From: Mizuhopecten yessoensis
Taxonomy: Eukaryota
Assembly: GCF_002113885.1 (NCBI RefSeq)
Contig: NW_018404117.1
Span: 211,201-275,200 of the forward strand
Direction of reading: 5' to 3'
Length of the DNA: 64,000 nucleotides
Made by a program: the position numbers and the translations under genes. Numbering within the stretch: the stretch's first letter is position 1; each line of letters starts with the position of its first letter. The notes under the pieces were generated by a model. The model searched no databases. It saw only the letters and a program-made list of their open reading frames with translations, and was not told the DNA's origin. This document shows, piece after piece, positions 28,288-41,844 of this stretch.

Positions 28288-29362
28288 TCATGATGGGTTT
28301 AACACATGTACCCACTTCAGACTCACAACCATGATGGGTTAAACACATGTACCCACTTCAGACTCACAACCATGATGGGTTTAACACATGTATCCACTTC
28401 AGACTCACAATCATGATGGGTTAAACACATGTATCCACTTCAGACTCACAATCATGATAGGTTAAACACATGTACCCACTTCAGACTCACAACCATGATG
28501 GGTTAAACACACCTACTTCAGACTTATAACCATGATGGGTTAAACACACCTACTTCAGACTAATAATCATGATGGGTTAAACACACCTACTTCAGACTCA
28601 TAATCATGATGGGTTAAACACACCCACTTCAGACTCATAACCATGATGGGTTAAACACACCCACTTCAGACTTATAACAAGGATGGGTTAAACACACCTA
28701 CTTCAGGCTTATAACCATGATGGGTTCAACACACCCACTTCAGACTTATAACCATGATGGGTTAAACACACCTACTTCAGACTCAAAACCATGATGGGTT
28801 TAACACACCTACTTCAGACTCACAACCATGATGGGTTAAACACACCCACTTCAGACTTATAACCATGATGGGTTCAAAACACACCTACTTCAGACTCATA
28901 ATCATGATGGGTTAAACAAACCCACTTCAGACTCATAATCATGATGGGTCAAACACACCTACTTCAGACTTATAACCATGATGGGTTAAACACACCTACT
29001 TCAGACTTATAACCATGATGGGTTAAACACACATACTTCAGACTCAAAACCATGATGGGTTAAACACACCCACTTCAGACTTATAACCATGATGGGTTCA
29101 AAACATACCTACTTCAGACTCATAATCATGATGGGTTCAAAACACACCTACTTCAGACTTATAACCATGATGGGTTAAACACACATACTTCAGACCCAAA
29201 ACCATGATGGGTTAACCACACCCACTTCAGATTTATAACCATGATGGTTTAAACACACTTACTTCAGACTTATACCCATGATGGGTTAAACCCACCTACT
29301 TCAGACTTATAACAATGATGGGTTAAACACACCCACTTCAGACTTATAACCATGATGGGTTA
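28288..29362. repeat. 37-bp minisatellite (CATGATGGGTTAAACACACCTACTTCAGACTTATAAC), ~28 copies; the first ~5 units are 41 bp
   Basis: Spacings 28331 to 28372 (41) and 28531 to 28568 (37). Confidence 0.96.
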
Positions 29363-29712
29363 CCTTTGTCTACTAGCTACTTCCTGTTGAAATTGTGAAT
29401 ATGAAAATACCCAATTGATTTTCAAAATTTTAAACGAAACTCTTATCCGGGAGTCATCCCAAACAAAGTCAAGAAAACTGTAATTTATTTATAGAATGTA
29501 TGGATTTTCCTCTATTTCTAGTCCATTTCACATTCTTCTCCTGAAAGCTGTTATTGTTGATGTTGTGAGTTTATTGTTGTGCAGATACAAGAGTTTGTTT
29601 AAGTGTGATGTTTATTAGATCTGATTATCCTTTTAAAGGAAAACTCAATGATTTTGATAAAACAAAATCAAAATTGTGAGAATCAGAGGATTTGTTTTTC
29701 ATTCTTAACCTC

Positions 29713-30632
29713 AACAAAAGTTCTGCGATGCAGTACATTATATGCCTGTCAGATGTCGAATGAGCAGTTTGCCTCAAAGGGCCATATAGGTGCATAAATT
29801 TTGGAGAGATAAGCGTTAATTCTGCAAAGGGCCATAATTGCATAAATAACCAGCATATAATTTTGGTTATCAAACCTGTCCGAGCTTTCATGGCAATGAA
29901 CCATCCTACCAAGTTTGAAATTAATCCATTTAAAATTACTCCAGTTATTGAGCGGAAACTGTTCCGTCAATTCTATAAAGGGCCATAACTCCCTTAAAAA
30001 CAGGCGGATAATGGTTATCGAAATTGTGCAAGCTTTCATAGAAATGAACCTTCCTATGAAGTTTGAAATGAATCTATTTAAAATTACAGAAGTTATTGAG
30101 CGGAAACTGTTTTGGCAATTGTACAAAGGGCCATAACTCCGTAAACACCTGGCAAACAACTTTGTTTATCAAACCTGTCCGAGCTTTCATGACAATGAAC
30201 CATCCTACCAAGTTTGAAATTAATCCATTTAAAATTACTCCAGTTATTGAGCGGAAACTGTTACGTCAATTCTATAAAGGGCCATAACTCCCTTAAAAAC
30301 AGGCGGATAATGGTTATCGAAATTGTGCAAGCTTTCATAGAAATGAACTTCCTATGAAGTTTTAAATGAATCTATTTAAAATTACAGAAGTTATTGAGCG
30401 GAAACTGTTTTGGCAATTGTACAAAGGGCCATAACTCCGTAAACACCTGGCAAACAACTTTGTTTATCGAACTTGTCTGAGCCTTCATGGCAATGAACCT
30501 TCCTACCAAGTTTGAAATTAATCCATTTTAAATTACTCAAGTAATTTATCGGTAACTAATGTTTCCCGCCCGCCTGCCCACCTACCCGCATGAAAACATA
30601 ATACGTCCCGCCATTCGACGGGCGTATAAAAA
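29713..30632 (-). mobile_element. Helentron/HINE-like element C with alternating 151/148-bp cores (dimeric higher-order repeat)
   Basis: Left end AACAAAAG, near-palindrome GTTCTGC-gat-GCAGTAC, then TATATGCCTGTC, matching the terminal GACGGGCGTATA apart from two CpG transitions. AAGGGCCATAA at 29827, 29978, 30126, 30277 and 30424. CCCG microsatellite. Confidence 0.85.
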
Positions 30633-31152
30633 TGAAGAAACTAAATAATTGATTGATCTGTATGCGTAATGGATTGTTAAGTAACCGTGAACAGACCTGT
30701 AGATCGAGTGGTTAGTCTTTACCCTACATATAGTCTGCATGTTGGTTTTGAGTTATGAAATTTCATGCCTTCTTGAAACTAGCTGTTCATAATTGTCGCA
30801 GAAATTAAATTTAATTTCAGTTAAAATGTATCAAAGATGAACAGGTAATCTAAAAAAAATATTCTGAACAAATTTCCAAATAAGGACTTAATATATATCT
30901 ATACTTTTGAAATATGTTTTTCTTTTTGATAGGGTTGATTTTACACTAAAAATTCAGTAAAAAACAATTTAGTGAAATGTTGAGTTTTAAGTAATATTCA
31001 CTATTTTTTTAAATTAATATAAGGATCCCCTTACCACTACCCAAAATTGTTACTTAGTGTTGGAAACTGATTTTCTGGTATGACTATAGCTTTGATAAAT
31101 TATTTCTGTAAAGAAAATCATACTTTGCAGGACTTTTTTGAGAAATTGAAGA

Positions 31153-31355
31153 TATGAAATAAACAAATATAAATCAGCAACAGTGTTCTGGGTGTAACAA
31201 ACTAACGGGCCAGACCGGGATACAAACCCTGGACTTCAGATTGTTATACTATCGCTCTAACCATTGAGCTGTTCAACAGAAGGGGCCTGACCAAACTGCT
31301 ACAGTTATATCCAAAAAAGATGTTAAGGGGAGGTTACTGTATATAGAAAAAAGGA
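31153..31355 (-). mobile_element. Dispersed repeat containing a tRNA-like (SINE) head; homologous to 59998-60210
   Basis: Minus strand reads AGCTCAATGGTTAGAGCG...GGGTTTGTATCCCGGTCTGGCC (A and B boxes). Confidence 0.6.
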
Positions 31356-33020
31356 CAATGTAGCTGGACAGGGTTCCTTAAGCAACGGCAAATATTTCCA
31401 AATATAAAACTTTCTTATTGCCGAATAAATTATTGTAAATCCTTTCACTGAATCAAATCATAAATGTCTGTTCTACCACAGAAAAGTCAACTGTTGCTAG
31501 GGAAAAAACAAATATCAAATTTTTCTACAGTAGAATATGATAAAAGTAAAAACTCTATAGTAAAGCCAGCATTACTACTAGATATCTAGTTTGATTAGCA
31601 TCCAATCTTTCATAGAAATATCTCACAGTTTTTTAGTTTTTATTTCATTTCCATGGTAACCCAAATATTTATAAAATTAAAAACTTCAGGCTTTTAAAAG
31701 GTATTAAATAAGACCACTAAGTGTTCAACAGTTCAAGAAAATATCTTTAATGGTTCGCATGTACTGGTCTGGAAACAATAATGTTGGAGGCATGGAACCT
31801 AATTTAATATCTGCCATCAATCACATTGTAGGGGATAATAAATGCCGTCCATTATCAGATTTCATGATACCATCAGGGAGGATACAGAACTGATGCAGGT
31901 GTCAAAATCTCCAGGAAAATATCATCACTGCGGAATGGACAATGATCATTTATTTAGTAGGAATGACACAGAAACAGTTATAGAATGCATGTTCTCATGA
32001 TTCCAATAATGGGAGCTGTTTTATACCAATGGTAACCAAGAGGTCAGTCAGGACAGCAGCTATAGTAGCCTGTAGGCGTCACACCACTTAACTAAGTAGG
32101 GAATTTACTGTCATGTGAATGTATGGGGGTTTAAATGTTGTCAGTGAAAGAGTAAACACACAGATATCATTTCACAAAGAATATAATGTTAACATTTTCC
32201 AGCTTGACGACAACCCTCCCTAATCAGAAGGGAGATTCCCAATTTTGGACACTTAACTTAGGCATCTTCAACCTGTGAATTTGCTCAACTATTCCTATAT
32301 TCTAAGTTCTAATAATTTCATTTAAAAGAACAACTCAAAATATGTCATTTTAAAGGGTCGTGTTTGCTCTGGGGGGTATAAACACATCTTATTTATGTTT
32401 TAATTTTGAGCATGCAGAATCTTCCGCATGGAAATTTCAAAAAGTTTGCTAGTATGGATTTTTTTTTCATCTTTTTTTTTTTTTAATTATTAAGTTGTGT
32501 TGTCAGCAGAATTTATTTCAAAGCTAAAACTAGTACAACACAAACACTGCATCTAGATGTCTGTATTACTTTGATGAAAATGTTAATTAAATTTTATGTT
32601 ATTGGTGCCACGTTTTATTAAAATGTTCAAAGGCATGTATATTTTCATGGAAGACAAACTCAATGCTGAAATTAAATTGGCAACATATATATCATAATGA
32701 TAGTTTGCAAATTTTCAATCAAGTTTTCTTAATTGAACCAGACAAGCACTGCATTGTAAAATCATTCTTTTGTTATGATGTTATTTTGTTGAATCTCTCG
32801 TGTACATATCTGAAATCTCACGTCCGTTACTAACAGGAGCACCCATCCATCACAACGCTGACAGAGGTCCCAGAAGTAAGGTTAAAGGAACAGATATAGA
32901 CTTCCGATACCATGTGCATGGAAAATATTTCCCATGAGGCAGAAAAACTGAATATGTCATGAATCAGGTATCTAAAACAAAGTTTAACAAAATCTTAATC
33001 ATAATGGAGGCGATACTTAC

Positions 33021-33094
33021 ATCAATATAGCTGGCATTGATATAACCATTTTCTCTGTGTGGCACACTTTGTAGTATGACCCTGGCGTGATCGT
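33021..33094 (-). CDS. PTP-domain gene exon 3 (DHARVILQSVPHRENGYINASYID), 74 nt, motifs 2-3
   Basis: Acceptor CCTTATTTCAG, donor GTAAGT. Contains the DxxRVxL and YINA motifs. Confidence 0.95.
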
Positions 33095-33679
33095 CTGAAA
33101 TAAGGAATCGCAAGTACATTTTATAACAAATTACATGGTTTATAATCATAGAAGATGGCATCTCCGCTTAAAAACAATCCGAATGGACAATTTGTCTAAC
33201 ACAAACTAGGCCTATCTGGGTGTTAGATTAAAAAACTGACTAGATTAGAAATGATCTTGAAGACGATGACCTGTGAAAGATTTTCTGTAATTACATTAAA
33301 CCAAAAACAGATAGGAATATCTGATGCAGCACTCCTACGTAAAAAACCTTATCATTTGTGCATCAGATACATATCCCCGCCGGGGACTGCTTTTAATGAC
33401 CAACACAGTAAAAATGGCCCCTGTTTTTGTTATCCGTTACCATGGTGACCTGTGTTGAGACAGTTCACATAACTCCGATAAAGGTTAGCCTGTCAGATGG
33501 AATAAAGTTCTGCCCTTATAAGATGACAATACATCCAGACTATACAGAAACCCCAAAGGAACATTAAAGTGAGGCAAGGAACGTTATAAACTAAAGTACA
33601 CATCTGAAAAGACTCTCCTCTAAGTACATATATACTCACCAATTACATTGATGCAGTTGTTTCTCTTCCATACATTTTT

Positions 33680-36222
33680 TTTCTCTCTCAAAAATCGAAA
33701 GATATTTGAACTCAAAAATACTCAAATGTCATATCAATGTATGGTTCAGGGCACTTAACATGATAAGGGCCTCAATGTATGGTTCAGGGCACTTAACATG
33801 ATAAGGGCCTTCTACAACCATAAAATGAAGCTTTTTGTTTCAATATCCATACAGATATAATTAGATAGACAAATGTTTTTGCTCAACCTCAAAGACATTT
33901 TCTATTCTTTAGTGTATTTACAGTCAGCAGCTATCATATTACCTAAAGTGTGTCTGTCACATATGGCTTTCACGACACAATAAATTTCCCCAAACACTCC
34001 AGAGTCTACATGAAATCTTTAAATCTTTATGAAAGTTATTGTCTGGAAAGTGCCAACCAATTAGAACCCACCAAGTACATGTAACCTAACTAAACATGCA
34101 GAAATTGTGCTCCACTTTAAACCTCAGGCCTGAGCTTTTGCCATTATACAATCTAAGGCATTGATGTACTACAACTCTGACTGAATTCCATAACTGTTTC
34201 GGAAAGGTATGATTGATGGACAAATGGACAGACGCCAACGAACTGCAGTTATAACGTATTGCCACTATTGCAAAAATCTTCAGGAGAAGAGACTTATAGA
34301 TGCAAGTCGGTACTTGTGATGTAATAACAGACTTGGTTCCCCGTGATACTATGTCCTGAAGGGGCCCTCGGCTGGTGGACATGGCTACTGGGGACTGGTC
34401 ATCGCTGTAATGATCGGTTTCACAGATCTCAGGACTCAGAACGTTCACATTGTCTCAAGTATGTGTGTAATATATAGATGCCCCTTTAAGGTAGACTCAG
34501 ACTTACTGACGGTGTACAAGGATTTTCCATGTTTGTCTGGTGACTTCAGACAGAATACACAGGCGACTCTAACAGAGACCTCATACAAAGTAACAATTTT
34601 TGTACTTTTTTAACATACCCATCCCAATTGCAGGTCAAAGTTACAATTTTGTAACTCTATGTAACATTGACCTCTTCCCCACTTACAGGTGGAAGTAACA
34701 GTTTTGTAACTCTATGTAACATTGACCTCTTCCCCACTTACAGGTGGAAGTAACAGTTTTGTAACTCTATGTAACATTGACCTCTTCCCCACTTACAGGT
34801 GGAAGTAACAGTTTTGTAACTCTATGTAACATTGACCTCTTCCCCACTTACAGGTGGAAGTAACAGTTTTGTAACTCTATGTAACATTGACCTCTTCCCC
34901 ACTTACAGGTGGAAGTAACAGTTTTGTAACTCTATGTAACATTGACCCCTCTCTTTCTCTCTCAAAAATCGAAAGATATTTGAACTCAAAAATACTCAAA
35001 TGTCATATCAATGTATGGTTCAGGGCACTTAACATGATAAGGGCCTCAATGTATGGTTCAGGGCACTTAACATGATAAGGGCCTTCTACAACCATAAAAT
35101 GAAGCTTTTTGTTTCAATATCCATACAGATATAATTAGATAGACAAATGTTTTTGCTCAACCTCAAAGACATTTTCTATTCTTTAGTGTATTTACAGTCA
35201 GCAGCTATCATATTACCTAAAGTGTGTCTGTCACATATGGCTTTCACGACACAATAAATTTCCCCAAACACTCCAGAGTCTACATGAAATCTTTAAATCT
35301 TTATGAAAGTTATTGTCTGGAAAGTGCCAACCAATTAGAACCCACCAAGTACATGTAACCTAACTAAACATGCAGAAATTGTGCTCCACTTTAAACCTCA
35401 GGCCTGAGCTTTTGCCATTATACAATCTAAGGCATTGATGTACTACAACTCTGACTGAATTCCATAACTGTTTCGGAAAGGTATGATTGATGGACAAATG
35501 GACAGACGCCAACGAACTGCAGTTATAACGTATTGCCACTATTGCAAAAATCTTCAGGAGAAGAGACTTATAGATGCAAGTCGGTACTTGTGATGTAATA
35601 ACAGACTTGGTTCCCCGTGAAACTATGTCCTGAAGGGGCCCTCGGCTGGTGGACATGGCTACTGGGGACTGGTCATCGCTGTAATGATCGGTTTCACAGA
35701 TCTCAGGACTCAGAACGTTCACATTGTCTCAAGTATGTGTGTAATATATAGATGCCCCTTTAAGGTAGACTCAGACTTACTGACGGTGTACAAGGATTTT
35801 CCATGTTTGTCTGGTGACTTCAGACAGAATACACAGGCGACTCTAACAGAGACCTCATACAAAGTAACAATTTTTGTACTTTTTTAACATACCCATCCCA
35901 ATTGCAGGTCAAAGTTACAATTTTGTAACTCTATGTAACATTGACCTCTTCCCCACTTACAGGTGGAAGTAACAGTTTTGTAACTCTATGTAACATTGAC
36001 CTCTTCCCCACTTACAGGTGGAAGTAACAGTTTTGTAACTCTATGTAACATTGACCTCTTCCCCACTTACAGGTGGAAGTAACAGTTTTGTAACTCTATG
36101 TAACATTGACCTCTTCCCCACTTACAGGTGGAAGTAACAGTTTTGTAACTCTATGTAACATTGACCTCTTCCCCACTTACAGGTGGAAGTAACAGTTTTG
36201 TAACTCTATGTAACATTGACCT
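33680..36222. repeat. Near-identical 1,274-bp tandem duplication
   Basis: Identical ORF pairs 34086/35360 and 34410/35684. One substitution seen by eye (GTGATACT vs GTGAAACT). Each copy has a 38-bp internal doublet. Confidence 0.95.
34640..34948. repeat. 55-bp minisatellite, first array (~5.5 copies)
   Basis: TTGACCTCTTCCCCACTTACAGGTGGAAGTAACAGTTTTGTAACTCTATGTAACA starts at 34667, 34722 and onward. Confidence 0.95.
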
Positions 36223-36700
36223 CTTCCCCACTTACAGGTGGAAGTAACAGTTTTGTAACTCTATGTAACATTGACCTCTTCCCCACTTACAGGTGGAAGT
36301 AACAGTTTTGTAACTCTATGTAACATTGACACCGTCCCAATTACAGGTGGAACGTAACAGTTTTGTAACTCTATGTAACATTGACCCCGTCCCAATTACA
36401 GGTCAAACTTACAATTTTGTAACTCTATGAAAGTAACATTGACCCTGTCACAATTACAGGTGGAACGTAACAGTTTTGTAACTCTATGTAACATTGACCC
36501 CGTCCCAATTACAGGTTAACGTAACAATTTTTTTAAACATTATTTAACATTGACCCCGTCCCAACTTCAGGTCAAACTTACAATTTTGTAACTCTATGAA
36601 AGTAACATTGACCCTGTCACAATTACAGGTTATAGTTTTGTTCATGTAACATTATTAAGTTAAAGAACCCATCCTAATTACAGGTCACAGTAGCAATATT
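35915..36700. repeat. 55-bp minisatellite, second array (~7 perfect copies followed by diverged copies)
   Basis: Same unit, degenerating after ~36330. Confidence 0.95.
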
Positions 36701-38074
36701 GTTACTCATCCTATACAAAGTCAGAGACATTATATGTCATATATAATATATAACTGTGTTGAGATTTTAATGTTTAGTGATAAACACGGGGCATTATATT
36801 TTACATGCAGTTCAAAATGCACATGCTCAACATTATAATTAACATATTAATTGTTATGTTATCTTTGTGCTTGAAGTATTGACTTCCCTTAACATTTAAA
36901 TACCTATGGAGAACTGTTCTAACAAGACGGAGAGTCTCAATATATGGTCCCCAAGATCATATAAAGACCACTGACCCTTTTACAGTTTTACTTTCAGAAG
37001 ATTGAAGAAAAGTGAACACATCTGAGTATAGCGTTAGTGAGCGATACAGCTGTTTCCTGCTCAGCCATGTTTGTGTGTGTGTTAACTGTCAACACACAAT
37101 GATAATGGTGTGTATCATGGCGATATACAACGCATGTTACCTACTACATACATCCGATTATCATGCACATTCATAAAAAAACTCACTTAGACATCAAAGT
37201 CGGCTAGTGTACACAGCTGATAGGCTTGTATGAGGGAAATTGACAGCAATTTTCACGGCAAACAGACATGACTATGGTGAAAGCGACACCCAAAACATTG
37301 TCTTATACAGTTTTATGCCACAATGATATATATGTCCAAAAACTGTTAGATTATCAAAACATGTCGTCATTAACTGTGTAAAACTACACAAATTGTCACG
37401 TGTCATACCAACATTCATCTATTATCTATAATTACAAAAGAATAACAAAAGAATTATTCAATTTTTATTCCTGTTAAATTGTTTTCAAAATATTAATGAT
37501 GAATATTTTAAAAACTCATTATTTGTACACACATGTGTGAGACTGCAAATTCTGCAGATTTTAGAATATTGGCAGATGATAAAACTTCTTGTAAACAACT
37601 TTATTGCAAAATAGGTGCATCGAGAAAAGTTCAGATGACGCTGTACAGTGACTTTTATTGGACATTACATATATAGAAAATCAGCCGTAGACCTTCAGAC
37701 AGGAAACTCTCTGATCACTTTATTACCAAAATATGGCAAATATTTACAGTGTGAACAATAAATATGTCTCCGTACCAAAGTTTTCAGAATGAGACTAAAC
37801 TGTATGTTCCTCATGCATCAGTACTGACGAGAAGCTGCTGTCTATCATAAGCTGAGGTACCAATCCTCTCCGTACAGGAGTTCAGTAATCACATCAGGTT
37901 TGTCTTGCCACATGTACAGAGTATAATTGGTAATTACACAAACACTGTGTAAATATTGCTCCCAGTTAAATGGATTTTAAGCATGGTGCCCACTCCCCGT
38001 GTTCAGAGTTCTGTTAAGATTGCTTGACCTGAGTCAGTAGAAACACAACAGGGATTTCTAATAAACCAAAGAGC

Positions 38075-41000
38075 AGAACTTCAGACAAAATCTGACATAC
38101 AAAACAGGAAACAGATCCTAATCACACACAAAATCTGACAACGAAACAGGAAACAGATCTTAATCACCGACAAAATCTGACACACAAAACAGGAAACAGA
38201 GCCTAATCACAGTCAAAATCTGACATACACAACAGGAAACAGATCCTTATCAAAGGCAAAATCTGACAACAAAACAGGTAGCAGAACTTCACACACAAAA
38301 TCTGAAAGAAGTCAAAAAAGAATTCAGTGTAAAAATGACAACAGATTAAAAGGTTCTACTGTCAAAAGTAGTGATATTTAGGATAAAAATCCTAATCACA
38401 CACAATATCTGACATACAAAACAAGAAACAGATCTTAATCACCGACAAAATCTGACATACAAAAAAGGAAAAAGACCCTAATCACAGACAAAATATGACA
38501 TACAAAACAGGAAAAAGATCCTAATCACACACAAAATCTTACAACAAAACAGGAAGCAGATCTTAATCACATACAAAATCTGACACACAAAACAGGAAAC
38601 AGATCTTAATCACATACAAAATCTGACACACAAAACAGGAAACAGAGCCTAATCACAGTCAAAATCTGACATACACAACAGGAAACAGTTCCTAATCAAA
38701 GACAAAACCTGACAGCAAAACAGGAAGAAGATCTTAATCACAGACAAAATCGGACATACAAAACAGGAAGAAGAACTTAATCACAGACAAAAATCTGACA
38801 ATGAAACAGGAAAAAGATACTAATCACAGACAAAATATGACATACAAAACAGGAAACAGGTCCTAATCACAGACAAAATCGGACATACACAACAGGAAAC
38901 AGTTCCTAATCAAAGACAAAATCTGACATACACAACAGGAAACAGATCCTAATAACAGACAAAATCTGAAATACAAAACAGGAAACAGGTCCTAATCACA
39001 GACAAAATCTTACATACAAAACAGGAAAAAGATCCTAATCACACACAGAATCTGACAACAAAACAGGAAGCAGAACTTCACACACAAAATCTGACATACA
39101 AAATAGGAAGCAGAACTTAATACAAGACAAAATCTGACATACACAACAGGAAACAGTTCCTAATCAAAGACAAAATCTGACATACAAAACATGAAGCAGA
39201 ACTTCGCACACAACATATGAGATACAAAACAGGAAGCAGTAATCACACACAAAATCTGAAAGAAGTCAAAAAAGAATTCAGTGTAAAAATGACAACAGAT
39301 TAAAAGGTTCTACTGTCAAAAGTAGTGATATTTAGGATAAAAATCCTAATCACACACAATATCTTACATACAAAACAGGAAAAAGATCCTAATCACAGAC
39401 AAAATCTGCCAATGAAACAGGAAACATATCCTAATCACACACAAAATCTTACAACAAAACAGGAAGCAGAACTTAATACAAGACAAAATCTGACATACAA
39501 AATAGGAAGCAGAACTTAATACAAGACAAAATCTGACATACAAAACAGAAAGCAGAACTTAATCACAGGCAAAATCTGACATACAAAACAGGAAAAAGAT
39601 CCTAATCACACACAGAATCTGACAACAAAACAGGTAGCAGAACTTCACACACAAAATCTGAAAGAAGTCAAAAAAGAATTCAGTGTAAAAATGACAACAG
39701 ATTAAAAGGTTCTACTGTCAAAAGTAGTGATATTTAGGATAAAAATCCTAATCACACACAAAATCTTACAACAAAACAGGAAGCAGACCTTAATCACAGA
39801 CAAAACAGGAAGCAGAACGTCACACACAAAATCTGACATACAAAATAGGAAGCAGAACTTAATCACAGGCAAAATCTGACATAGCAGAACTTCACACACA
39901 AAAAATGACATACAAAACTGGAAGCAGAACTTAATCACACACAAAATCTTACAACAAAACAGGAAGCAGAACGTCACACACAAAATCTGAAAGAAGTCAA
40001 AAAAGAATTCAGTGTAAAAATGACAACAGATTAAAAGGTTCTGCTGTCAAGGCAAAATCTGACATAGCAGAACTTCACACACAAAAAATGACATACAAAA
40101 CAGGAAAAAGATCCTAATCACACACAAAATCTGAAAGAAGTCAAAAAATAATTCAGTGTAAAAATGACAACAGATTAAAAGGTTCTACTGTCAAAAGTAG
40201 TGATATTTAGGATAAAAATCCTAATCACACACAAAATCTTACAACAAAACAGGAAGCAGACCTTAATCACAGACAAAACAGGAAGCAGATCCATATGACA
40301 TACAAAACAGGGAGCAGAACTTCACACACAAAATCTGACATACACAACAGGAAACAGATCCTACTCACAGACAAAATCTGACATGCAAAACAGAAAGCAG
40401 ATCTTAATCACATACAAAATCTGACACACAAAACAGGAAACAGAACCTAATCACAGACAAAATCTGACCTACAAAACAGGAAACAGAGCCTAATCACAGT
40501 CAAAATCTGACATACAAAAAAGGAAAAAGACCCTAATCACAGACAAAATCTTACATACAAAACAGGAAACAGAGCCTAATCACAGTCAAAATCTGACATA
40601 CACAACAGGAAACAGATCCTAAGCAAAGGGAAAAGATGACATACAAAACAGGGAGCAGAACTTCACACACAAAATCTGACAACAAAACAGGTAGCAGAAC
40701 TTCACACACAAAATCTGAAAGAAGTCAAAAAATAATTCAGTGTAAAAATGACAACAGATTAAAAGGTTCTACTGTCAAAAGTAGTGATATTTAGGATAAA
40801 AATCCTAATCACACACAAAATCTTACAACAAAACAGGAAGCAGATCCTAATCAAAGGCAAAATCTGACAACAAAACAGGTAGCAGAACTTCACACAAAAA
40901 ATCTGACATACAAAAAAGGAAAAAGACCCTAATCACAGACAAAATATGACATACAAAACAGGAAACAGATCCTAATCAAAGACAAAATCTGACAGCAAAA

Positions 41001-41612
41001 CAGGAAGCAGATCTTAATCACAGACAAAAATCTGACAATGAAACAGGAAACAGATCCTAATCACAGACAAAATCTGACATACACAACAGGAAACAGATCC
41101 TTATCAAAGGCAAAATCTGACATACAAAACAGGAAGCAGAACTTCACACACAAAACCTGACATACAAAACAGGAAACAGATCCTTATCAAAGGCAAAATC
41201 TGACAACAAAACAGGAAGCAGAACTTCACACACAAAATCTGACAACAAAACAAGCAGAACTTCACACACAAAAACTGACAACGAAACAGGAACCAGATCC
41301 TAATCACAGGCAAAATCTTACAATCAAACAGGAAACAGATCCTTATCAAAGGCAAAATCTGACATACAAAACAGGAAGCAGAACTTCACACACAAAATCT
41401 GACAACGAAACAGGAAGCAGATCCTAATCACAGGCAAAATCTGACAACAAAACAGGAAGCAGAACTTCACACTCAAAACCTGACAATGAATCAGGAAACT
41501 GAACGGCCTACTTCACACACAAAATCTGAAAGAAGTCAAAAAAGAATTCAGTGTAAAAATGACAACAGATTAAAAGGTTCTGCTGTCAAAAGTAGTGATA
41601 TTTAGGATAAAA
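38075..41612. repeat. 3.5-kb A-rich 39-42 bp minisatellite interspersed with seven copies of an ~85-bp block
   Basis: Unit ACAAAATCTGACATACAAAACAGGAAACAGATCCTAATCACAG. Block GAAAGAAGTCAAAAAAGAATTC...TTTAGGATAAAAA at ~38304, 39258, 39660, 39989, 40133, 40717 and 41528. Confidence 0.95.
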
Positions 41613-41844
41613 AGATAACAGCCAATGACTGTAAACCGAAATTTAGACCTACTCTTTCCTCTATTGACTTTTGTGATTTTAGATTCAATCTAAAAAGAAT
41701 TTACTAAATGACCTCATCGATGAATATTGGATTGACTTGAATTATACAATCAATTGACCAAACACTTCATGTTATCGATGAAGAGATAAAAAGGATACAA
41801 AAAACAAAATATTTGGTAACTACAACTCAAACAAATCTAAAGAA

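Noticed and set aside
34086-35722. Duplicated 120-aa ORF
   Set aside because: No recognisable domain or splice context. Identity is explained by the recent duplication.
38075-41612. Repeat-plus-block pattern reminiscent of a CRISPR array
   Set aside because: The interspersed blocks are near-identical and the intervening sequence is itself tandem repeat. No unique spacers, no cas genes, eukaryotic intron context.
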